Below are positions 1 to 8,419 of a DNA stretch of 64,000 nucleotides, one piece after another. The notes under the pieces were generated by a model. It was not told the origin of the DNA. It did not search any database and saw only the letters and a list, made by a program, of their open reading frames with translations. The stretch is from the IMG/VR virus record IMGVR_UViG_3300018080_000154, positions 1 to 64,000 of that record; one strand, given 5' to 3'. Source of the DNA: a virus. Numbering within the stretch: the first letter of the stretch is position 1; the number at the start of each line of letters is the position of its first letter. The translations under genes were made by a program, and so were the position numbers.

Positions 1-1674
1 CGCGTAAGGAAGTTGTGATGGTCCGGTTACCAGTCTATATCTAAGAGTTGACGATGGTGTTTTTCCTGTCCAGTCTAGATATATGTAGGTATCGTTCCAA
101 TTTTCTACAATTTCTCTTGAGTCAAGATTTCTCATCTTATCTGCGGTTACATCCCATTCCTGAAGAACAAGACCAACGACCTCTAATTTATCTCCAAGCG
201 AGTGAGGTACGATCGTCGTTGAAGTGTTTTCATACCACGGTGTTTTAAAACTACGAGTGGCCGTTATTAGTCCATTTGATTGACGTGTAAATCTAAAAAG
301 ACGAACTATAAGTTTATCACCTGCACCAAAACTTATTGAGCTAGAATTGATATGAGTTTCCGTATCATTTGAGTAAAGAATAAGACCACCACTTTCAAGA
401 GGCGTTTCCTTTTCTCCGGCCGGAGCAGAGTCGTCGTAAAACCAAATCTTTATCGTATCTGGTTGACCACCAATGTCGGTATGAGTAATTGTATTGTCGG
501 CAGCGGCGGACGTAATAGAGACGTCCTCCTGTGTCTCGGTGTATGGATAAAATCCACCAAGTTGTGTGTGAATAAAATTTTGTGCGTTGTAGTAACTACT
601 TCCTACCCATGTGTTACCTGTCGACGGTGTGATAAATCCTGATATGAAAATGAAACGTGCTGGATTTAGCTCGTACGTGTCTTTTCTAAGAACAAAATCA
701 GTGGTCTCATAAACTGGAACAACTTTTCTTTTCGTGTCGGTTAAAACAACCGGATCGCCAAGTTGGTCTAAATCAATATATAGACCATAATAACTAGAGT
801 TGTCTGGAGAGGCCACGATTGCAGATAAATCAACCTCTAGGTCTGCAAGACTTCCTTCGTTTGCAGGATTTCCCGTTATTAAAACTCTTAAATCATCTAA
901 CGGTAACATGGATTTTTTGATTATCGCCGTAGCACCACTCATTGACTTAACTCTAAAGGCAACGGCGGCACCATCTCCTCCACCTCCTGCACCACTTCCA
1001 AATCTAAAAATTCTAAAATCAGATCCAACTTTATTTTCAATTATATTGGTCGTCGATCCTGCGGTTTTGTATTTTGCTTCTCCAACGGTTGCGTCGGTAC
1101 ATTCAAGATCAACATATCCAATTGGAATACCTTCTATCTTTGCAAAAAGCTCTCCAGGATTTTTTAAGCTTGAAACATCAGTTGGATGTGAGTCAAAGGT
1201 TGAGTCGACGACGTTGTTTCCAGATTGATAAACAAAAACATGTCGTGCGTATTCACCAACCGTGCAATCAGGAAGTTGAAAGGCCTCACCATCTACGTAA
1301 ACCGTTCCGCCACTTACCGATCCACCTGAGGCGGCTTGATAGTCTATGGTAGTGTCTGGAAACAGGTTTATCAAATCATCAAGAGGTGGACTTGAAAGAC
1401 CGGCACCGTCTCCTTGTTCGACTCGGTTTGTTCCAATGTAAAGAAGTTGATTTGCTGTCGGTGACCCCGCATGAAGTCTAAAAGGAATATTGAGATGTTT
1501 GTTAAGACGACCATGAATTTCTTCAAGATCTGTTCTTTCTGGAACACCCAAAACATCCATTGCAGCGTCGACCACCATTTGATACGCTTGCATTACGTTT
1601 GCAGCCTGAGCCGTAACAAAAAATACGGCGAGGCTACTTAAAATGACTGCTGGAATTAAAAGTTTTTTCTTCAT
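1..1674 (-). CDS. Large virion/fibre-like protein with N-terminal Sec-type signal peptide (3' end beyond window)
   Basis: Not in the ORF track because it runs off the edge. ATG at 1674 follows a GGTGAGG SD. Manual translation gives MKKKLLIPAVILSSLAVFFVTAQA-ANVMQ... and I found no stop down to position 1 (558 codons). It shares a segment with the 914-aa tail protein. Confidence 0.8.
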   Translation of the reverse strand, partial: MKKKLLIPAVILSSLAVFFVTAQAANVMQAYQMVVDAAMDVLGVPERTDLEEIHGRLNKHLNIPFRLHAGSPTANQLLYIGTNRVEQGDGAGLSSPPLDDLINLFPDTTIDYQAASGGSVSGGTVYVDGEAFQLPDCTVGEYARHVFVYQSGNNVVDSTFDSHPTDVSSLKNPGELFAKIEGIPIGYVDLECTDATVGEAKYKTAGSTTNIIENKVGSDFRIFRFGSGAGGGGDGAAVAFRVKSMSGATAIIKKSMLPLDDLRVLITGNPANEGSLADLEVDLSAIVASPDNSSYYGLYIDLDQLGDPVVLTDTKRKVVPVYETTDFVLRKDTYELNPARFIFISGFITPSTGNTWVGSSYYNAQNFIHTQLGGFYPYTETQEDVSITSAAADNTITHTDIGGQPDTIKIWFYDDSAPAGEKETPLESGGLILYSNDTETHINSSSISFGAGDKLIVRLFRFTRQSNGLITATRSFKTPWYENTSTTIVPHSLGDKLEVVGLVLQEWDVTADKMRNLDSREIVENWNDTYIYLDWTGKTPSSTLRYRLVTGPSQLPYA

Positions 1675-1688
1675 TTTTTCCCTCACCG

Positions 1689-2024
1689 TTAAGTAGTCTT
1701 GTACATTCGTACACGTGAATTTTTTCTAACCGCATCGATAAACGTTACGGTCGTAGCCTCTAGATGTTCTTGATAGTTGAAATCTACACCAACGTGTTGA
1801 CCTTTGCCATTTACTTCAATTTTGAGCTCATCGATGAAACCGTTATACTTTTCACCTGATGGTAATGTAAATACCTTATGAGCCGCATCGTAAAGACCAC
1901 CACCATGAGGTGTACCAATATCAGTGTCAACGAGAACAGATTTATCGTATTGACGCAAATCTAAATCATCGTCAATCAATGACGGTATTCCATTTACAAA
2001 TCTCATTACTTTTGCCATAACCAT
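1689..2024 (-). CDS. Small virion structural protein (beta-sandwich module)
   Basis: 111 aa. VNGKGQHVGVDFN...VTFIDAVRKNSRV resembles LNGVNQEQGVDFN...IEFDRTVRKDGRV in the 914-aa protein. Lies in the fibre cluster. Confidence 0.6.
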   Translation of the reverse strand: MVMAKVMRFVNGIPSLIDDDLDLRQYDKSVLVDTDIGTPHGGGLYDAAHKVFTLPSGEKYNGFIDELKIEVNGKGQHVGVDFNYQEHLEATTVTFIDAVRKNSRVRMYKTT

Positions 2025-2035
2025 AATTCCCCTCG

Positions 2036-3523
2036 TTATGCTATATCAACACCAAGAAGACAACCAACACCACATTCAACCGCAAAAGTTGAGTCGGTTA
2101 CCAGTGTTGCTCTTACCTTTTGTTGACCTACAACAAACGATGCATAAGCGTCTCCAACACCTATGCCTAGTTTTGCATCAGTACTAAACGATCCACCTTT
2201 ATTCAAAAATAATGGAAGACCGTCGTCCAGTGCATCAAAGTTTGTATCCGATGCTTTAAGATTTAATGTCTCGGCGTATTTGATAACTTCAACAGGATCA
2301 TCGGCCACTAAAGCAGAGCCAGTTTGAACAACACCAATTCCCCAAAATTTATTTGGAAGATTTTCATGATCGGACGATGCCTTGTAAACCTTGCCGGCAT
2401 CTTCTCCGTTAAGACCATAACGTACAACAAATGTTCTATTCGCTTCAAATGCCTCACCCGCAACACCAGGAAAATTCAGAACAAAATGTTTTTTGTTTTC
2501 AAGTTCATCGTCCACGTATTTTTTATTTGCAATATGATAGTCGTCGGTCGGCGCAGATGAAGGTGTTTTGGTATGATTTACAAGTTCTGGTTCATTCGAT
2601 GTGTTTACCTTTAAAATTTCAACGTCATCGGTATCTAAAGCATTTCTTGCTCTTAATGTTTCATTATTAGCAAGTCTTAGTTTAGATCCATCGACGGCGT
2701 TTGCCACGATGGTAAACGTTCCATCATTTGCCATGCTAAGATCACCACCAGGTGTTTGTTCGGCGGCTTCATTAGAAGCGTTACCAACCCAAATCTTAGC
2801 ATTGCTTAAATCAATTGACTGGACCTTACGAATTTCCCATTCGGGTGTTCCATCGTCGACGTAAAGTAAATCTCTATCCAACGTGTCACAATAAGCAACG
2901 TAGCCTTCTAGAGGAGAAACCTTCACCCAAGATCCTGAAGTGAACTGAACAATATCTCCAGCAGATGCTCCGTCCCAATCAGCGTGAGGCGCTCCGCCTG
3001 TTGTTTGAAGAATGTATCTATCACCTTCAACCTCTGTTGGTGGCGCAACAGTATTGTCGGTGATAAGATTTATCACCTTAGTTCTTCTTGAGTAACCAGT
3101 TTGAAGATTGTTTATCTGTGTTTGAATGTTTGAAGTCACACCGTCAAGATGTGCAATTTCTGCCGCCGTGATATCTGAGTGTGTAGGAATTCCAGCAGCG
3201 TCGGAGATAAGTGCACGACTTGCAGTAATGGGATCAGCCTCAACGATTTTATCTCCAAGACTTCTCATTACTCTATTATTCACCAACGTGGTACTTGAAT
3301 TGGTACCACCGTTTGCAACCGGCAGAACATTGTCAACCTCACTGGTTAAATCAATATTTCCGCTTATTAGTTGTTTGTTGGCGTCAAGACGTGCAGGTTT
3401 GCTTTCCGTTACCGTAGGGTCTGTAACTTTAAAACTTGTGGCTTTAAGTACGTTGCTATCGGCGGTTAAATCTATGCTTTCTGGTAGTCCATCTACCATG
3501 TGGGCAATGACCGAAACTTCCAT
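2036..3523 (-). CDS. Tail/head fibre protein (DUF2793-like segment)
   Basis: 495 aa with fibre-type motifs: VLPVANGGT, LDGVTSNIQTQ, GDRYIL...W.G...IVQF..G.W..V.P.EG (DUF2793-like) and ANKKYVD. Confidence 0.7.
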   Translation of the reverse strand: MEVSVIAHMVDGLPESIDLTADSNVLKATSFKVTDPTVTESKPARLDANKQLISGNIDLTSEVDNVLPVANGGTNSSTTLVNNRVMRSLGDKIVEADPITASRALISDAAGIPTHSDITAAEIAHLDGVTSNIQTQINNLQTGYSRRTKVINLITDNTVAPPTEVEGDRYILQTTGGAPHADWDGASAGDIVQFTSGSWVKVSPLEGYVAYCDTLDRDLLYVDDGTPEWEIRKVQSIDLSNAKIWVGNASNEAAEQTPGGDLSMANDGTFTIVANAVDGSKLRLANNETLRARNALDTDDVEILKVNTSNEPELVNHTKTPSSAPTDDYHIANKKYVDDELENKKHFVLNFPGVAGEAFEANRTFVVRYGLNGEDAGKVYKASSDHENLPNKFWGIGVVQTGSALVADDPVEVIKYAETLNLKASDTNFDALDDGLPLFLNKGGSFSTDAKLGIGVGDAYASFVVGQQKVRATLVTDSTFAVECGVGCLLGVDIA

Positions 3524-3564
3524 GTTCTATCTCCCATATTGAAAAATAAATTAGTGTCGTGCCG

Positions 3565-3813
3565 TTAACCCTTTTCGGTAATGTCTAGCACAAATTTAAT
3601 GTTAACATTATGTTCAAGCATATCCTCGATAAAGTACTTGTACTTTTTACTGATGTTACTCAGCTCGTCGATAGCCTGTTCCACTTCTTTTCGTTTTTCT
3701 TCGTCGTTGATCACTACTTTATTGTTAAGAAATTCTACCAATTTCTTTGCGCCGCCTTTACTTTTTGCAGTCTTTACTTTTTTCTTAATAATTTTCTTTT
3801 TTGTTTTTGCCAT
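3565..3813 (-). CDS. Hypothetical protein, Lys-rich N-terminus
   Basis: 82 aa; its start overlaps the upstream stop (TAATG). Confidence 0.6.
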   Translation of the reverse strand: MAKTKKKIIKKKVKTAKSKGGAKKLVEFLNNKVVINDEEKRKEVEQAIDELSNISKKYKYFIEDMLEHNVNIKFVLDITEKG

Positions 3814-6557
3814 TACGCTACCCCAATCGGTGATATTTGAAGAACCAATCTACCTTCATCCCAAATTCCCATGTAAACAATCCAAAGACCACTTCCTGTT
3901 GTTGGCGGTGTGATAGAGTATTTACCAAGATCGTGTAACCAAATGCGTGATCCGTCTAAAGGTAAAGTTCCTTCTACAAAGTTTGATGCCGTGAGAATTC
4001 CTTCCGGCACTGTTCCATGTGTTTGAATAGATCCGTACTCGTTGTTTGGTACGTCTTTAAGTAGAACACCAAAAACACGTGAGTTAAGTTCAGTGTCTCG
4101 GCTTGCTATATGAAACTTACTAAGCTGTTTGCGTACGGCCCATCCTTTGTAAATAGTTTCACCAGATGTTTGAAGAAATTCTCTTGGTGCGGTTGCCGAA
4201 ATTGGAATTGACGCCCCGCCTCCTGTTTGATGAATTACTTCACCAGTGTTTTTGAGCCAAATACCAGACATGCCGGCCGGAAGTGGATTACTTGCCTGTT
4301 CGGTAAAACCAACTCCTTTAGGATCAATGATTCCTGTTACGTCAATGTCTCCAAGAAATCTTGCTATTTTTTCACCAGCAGGTCCAGAGATTTGCCACGG
4401 CGCACCGGCCACTGTTTCAATTGTTCTTCCATTATTGTAAACCGTCTGCATATCAGGTCCGGTTGCAATACTTCCAGCAGCGGCTCCTTCAATTCTTAAT
4501 AACTCAATTTCAACACGGCCGTCTTTTCTAACGGTTCGATCGAATTCAATTTCGGTGCTTGAAATTTTATTAAAATCTACACCCTGTTCTTGATTTACCC
4601 CGTTTAGTCTTACGTTAATATCTCTAACCGATGCGTTATCCGTCCAGTCAAATTGTGTAACCTGAAAAACTGTTTGACCAAGTGGATTGGTTACGTCAAA
4701 GAATTGTATCGTTCTTGCTTTAGAGAAAATAGCACTTGGGTTGGGACTCATTATTGTAATGTCGGCTTCGGAAATATCTTGAATCGTTCCTGACGTTCCA
4801 GTACCATCGTCCTTACATGTTACCATCCAAAGTGGAACACCATCGGCCATGACTGGTTCTTCCGCATCGACGCGGTTGACGTTTTCACCACTTGGTGTTA
4901 TGACTTTTAATTTCCCACTACGTGCAAGTACAACGCCGTAAATAAAGTACGTCCCAGGGGTCGTAGGCGTATACGGAGTGAAATCATCTCCACCACCTGT
5001 AACTACACCTGTTGAAAAGTTGATCGTTCCTCCGGGGTATTTAGACGCAGTATCTTCTACAACCATTGCGTAGGTTTCTCCAGTGGCCAAAGTTACTCGA
5101 CTACTGGATACGTTTACAATTTTATCCGGCGGATTTGATATTGTTGGTCTACAAATATTTCTAAAAAGTGTTCTATCAAAAACTTCATTTAGACTTGCAT
5201 CGACAGGTATCTCGGTTCCGTCACTTGTTTTTGAGTAAACCGGTCTTGATCCTGTGCGAATTTCTTTACTTCTTATCTTACCAGTTCCTTGAGCACCATC
5301 TGCGTCAAAGTGATATTCGTTATCGGCTTCAACAAATCTTATTTTGTCATCGTCCGAGAAGTAGATACTGTTTCCAATAACTACGTCTTCCAGTTGTCGG
5401 GACTCACCTTGCTCAAGTTGAAGACCTCCGCGTACGTTTACCACTCCATCGTTTCGATGAAAAATCCAAACGTTTCTCATATTTGTTAACGACGCCGCAC
5501 TTCGTGGTGCTTTTTGCATCGTAAGTGTTCCTGCAACAAACGGATCTGGAAGTTGTACGTAGGCTACTTCATCATCGGCCAACTCAACATTGCTTGCCGC
5601 GATGGTTACTTCTGTACTGTCACCAAGTGGACGTATCTTTAAATCACCACCCCATGCTACTTTACCAGTAACCGACGGGTCGTGGTTTATTGTTCCGCCG
5701 CCTTCAAGTAAGGTAAGAAGTTGTGCGGCAAGTCCAGATCCTGGCTCCATTGTCAGTGATGGTAGAAATTTTCTATCGGTTTGATCAAAGACAGTTGGAA
5801 TGGCTCCAGTATTTCCGTCAATGATTCCTAGAAAACAAACAGTGTCATCAAGACGAAGATCTGTATTTTTCTTAACGATAGGTCCAAGAAGTGCACATTC
5901 ATACTCATTTTCATCTTCACTTACTAGTCCTATTTGTTGACCAAGCGCAGTGGATGTTGTAATGACGTTATTGGATCCATCCCATGTTACGTCACATGTT
6001 TCAAATGGTGTGGACTCGGTTTGTGGACCAATTGATCCGCCATCTTGACGACGTTTCATCCAGATGGTTACTTTTCTTCCTGCGTTTGAAACACCAGCCT
6101 CAGTTACCGAGTCTACTATAAATGTAATGGTACCATCACCGTTGTCGTTAGCACCGTTTGGTGTTGCTTTAAGTCCCACTATTTCTTTGTAGACACGATA
6201 TTCAATAAGACTGGTTTTTACGTTGCGTTCGGTCTCGTCTGGAATTAGTATTGGTTTTATCCCAACGTAGTAACTTGATCCAGTATTATTTTCAAATGCA
6301 ATGTTGGAGGCCAATGACGGTTCAAGAAAACAATCGACGCCGTCTGAATTCATTCCTTCACATGGCGTTTCAAGAGTAAACGTGTCGGCAAGGGTTGACG
6401 ATATATCTCCGCCCCTGAATATACCGCCGCCCCTGTAAACCCGCTTACCAACATCAAGGGTAAGTTTCTTTAAATAATCCATGAAGAGTTCGGTGATTTC
6501 TTGCTGCGCAAGGAACTTCTTCAAATAAATGATTACGCTTTTGTCGTTAGTTGTCAT
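3813..6557 (-). CDS. Baseplate-attached tail fibre / receptor-binding protein
   Basis: 914 aa, beta- and Gly/Thr-rich and modular. Lies directly after the baseplate wedge (gpI-like) gene. Confidence 0.65.
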   Translation of the reverse strand: MTTNDKSVIIYLKKFLAQQEITELFMDYLKKLTLDVGKRVYRGGGIFRGGDISSTLADTFTLETPCEGMNSDGVDCFLEPSLASNIAFENNTGSSYYVGIKPILIPDETERNVKTSLIEYRVYKEIVGLKATPNGANDNGDGTITFIVDSVTEAGVSNAGRKVTIWMKRRQDGGSIGPQTESTPFETCDVTWDGSNNVITTSTALGQQIGLVSEDENEYECALLGPIVKKNTDLRLDDTVCFLGIIDGNTGAIPTVFDQTDRKFLPSLTMEPGSGLAAQLLTLLEGGGTINHDPSVTGKVAWGGDLKIRPLGDSTEVTIAASNVELADDEVAYVQLPDPFVAGTLTMQKAPRSAASLTNMRNVWIFHRNDGVVNVRGGLQLEQGESRQLEDVVIGNSIYFSDDDKIRFVEADNEYHFDADGAQGTGKIRSKEIRTGSRPVYSKTSDGTEIPVDASLNEVFDRTLFRNICRPTISNPPDKIVNVSSSRVTLATGETYAMVVEDTASKYPGGTINFSTGVVTGGGDDFTPYTPTTPGTYFIYGVVLARSGKLKVITPSGENVNRVDAEEPVMADGVPLWMVTCKDDGTGTSGTIQDISEADITIMSPNPSAIFSKARTIQFFDVTNPLGQTVFQVTQFDWTDNASVRDINVRLNGVNQEQGVDFNKISSTEIEFDRTVRKDGRVEIELLRIEGAAAGSIATGPDMQTVYNNGRTIETVAGAPWQISGPAGEKIARFLGDIDVTGIIDPKGVGFTEQASNPLPAGMSGIWLKNTGEVIHQTGGGASIPISATAPREFLQTSGETIYKGWAVRKQLSKFHIASRDTELNSRVFGVLLKDVPNNEYGSIQTHGTVPEGILTASNFVEGTLPLDGSRIWLHDLGKYSITPPTTGSGLWIVYMGIWDEGRLVLQISPIGVA

Positions 6558-6614
6558 GTGTTTGGCCTCGTAATAGCAATTCTATCTTCATAGTGGACAT
6601 AAATACATACAATT

Positions 6615-8411
6615 CTAAAGTAAGTTGTTTGGAAGTATTTTTTCTACATCAAGTGGATGTTGAAATACTTCTATCTCGGATACCTTTATTTTGCCACCTA
6701 CGGATGTTTCTAATCCAAACTTCCCTTTGGTAAACGTGGAGTCGTATATCTCCACAATCTTGTTACGATCGTGATAACAAATAATCTTGTCATCGAATAT
6801 TGCAACAGTAAAAAAATACTGGACGCCGGGATACATATCCACATAATGTGGACCAGATAACAGTGTTTGAACACCGTCTACAACTTTGTAAAGACTTACG
6901 GTTCTTGAAACTGTGTCAAATCTATAGACGTAATAATTATTTTCGTCCTGAATGTAGAAACGTTGACCACATTCTCCACTTACTGGAACTATTCCAGCCT
7001 GAAAAACATAGTTCACCCAGTCGATGTCTTCGGCCAATGCAGAATGTTCTCCAGTATTTGACTCAAGAACAAAATAGGTTTCACCGTCCACGTAGGACGA
7101 TCCATTTATTGTATTGAACTGACCTTTGCCGGCACCAAAATTTGTGTAGAAGTCTAAATACAAAACATTCAAACGTTCTGAAGTTATTCGCATAAGATTT
7201 AATATCTGTTTCAGAAGAAGTCGGTTAAGATCACCTCGATCAACAACTCGTACGTCGGAATAAAATTCCGGAAGAAGTTCTTCCTGATACTCGGTGAATG
7301 GAAGTACTGGCACTAAAAGTGAACCACTTGTTATGTTGTACACGTTATTCAATGAAATTCTAAGATTGTCGATGAAGCCTTCAAATCTATTTTCAAAACC
7401 TGTGTCGCAGGTCAATATGTCGGCCTCGTTTGTAAGATCATCAATTGCCGTAATACTTGTTGTTACGTAACCTATTCCATTGAAATACATTCGTGCTACA
7501 TTTGTGGTGCGGTTTACCATCAAAACAAGATGACGTAACGTCCCGTCTTTAAGGTTTGGTATCGTGCTTTCACCAGATGTGTTTTCCGTCCCGTCGGAGA
7601 TTGTCCATTTTATTTTCCCAGAGTTTGCTTTGTATTCTATTGTCACTTCTTTTGTCCCAGATTTTTTCTGAAACAACACCATATCTTTATCCGTGACGGT
7701 TCCAACAAACATCTCGATGGTAAAGTCACCGGAAAAATCATATCGACTAGAATGTTTTATCTTTGCAAACCCACCGTACAACCAAAGACCGTATCGACTT
7801 TCATTTCCTGCTACGGAATGTTGTACGAAATCAACATCACCAGATTTTTCAATCTCATTTCTTACAATACTTCTATCAAGAAAAGATTTTTCTAACGGCC
7901 AAAGACCTACTACGTTATTTGTTGGAATTGTCTCGGCATAGCCCGGTCGACTAATAAACCAAGAGTCTTCACCAAGTTGTTCTTCACCAAAGCTAGCCTC
8001 TCCAACAATGTATCTGAAATCAAACCAATTGAAAACCCTTGAATCGCTACCGGTAAAACTACGAACGATGTTTTTATAACCTACATCAAGTCCCTTTTGT
8101 CCGGTCAATTGCACAAAAAGACTTATCACTCTTCTAAGATCATCCTCGGATAGATCTTTAGTTATCTTATCAAGATTTTTTGTGAGACCTACGATAGGTT
8201 TTAAGTATTCAAGCGCAGCGGCTGGTGTTCTTGATGGTACCCAAAGATCTAAAATGCCATTTATTTTTGGCCAGATTTTTTCTTCCCATATTCGTTGAGG
8301 ACCAAACATGTATCTTTGAAGAAAATTTCCTTGACTTTCATCAGCAACCCGCAATGGTTTATGAATGAACCTAAACATATCATGCGGGAAATTTTCGTTT
8401 AATTTAGCCAT
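6615..8411 (-). CDS. Baseplate wedge protein (P2 gpI-like) with inserted LamG/concanavalin-like domain
   Basis: N-terminal FLQRY...P..TPAAALEYL...R.VI......KG...G resembles tail protein I. The middle has LamG motifs (FSGDFTIEMFV, RHLVLM, MYFNG, F.GFIDNLRIS). Follows the J-like gene. Confidence 0.75.
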   Translation of the reverse strand: MAKLNENFPHDMFRFIHKPLRVADESQGNFLQRYMFGPQRIWEEKIWPKINGILDLWVPSRTPAAALEYLKPIVGLTKNLDKITKDLSEDDLRRVISLFVQLTGQKGLDVGYKNIVRSFTGSDSRVFNWFDFRYIVGEASFGEEQLGEDSWFISRPGYAETIPTNNVVGLWPLEKSFLDRSIVRNEIEKSGDVDFVQHSVAGNESRYGLWLYGGFAKIKHSSRYDFSGDFTIEMFVGTVTDKDMVLFQKKSGTKEVTIEYKANSGKIKWTISDGTENTSGESTIPNLKDGTLRHLVLMVNRTTNVARMYFNGIGYVTTSITAIDDLTNEADILTCDTGFENRFEGFIDNLRISLNNVYNITSGSLLVPVLPFTEYQEELLPEFYSDVRVVDRGDLNRLLLKQILNLMRITSERLNVLYLDFYTNFGAGKGQFNTINGSSYVDGETYFVLESNTGEHSALAEDIDWVNYVFQAGIVPVSGECGQRFYIQDENNYYVYRFDTVSRTVSLYKVVDGVQTLLSGPHYVDMYPGVQYFFTVAIFDDKIICYHDRNKIVEIYDSTFTKGKFGLETSVGGKIKVSEIEVFQHPLDVEKILPNNLL

Positions 8412-8419
8412 TTATTCTC

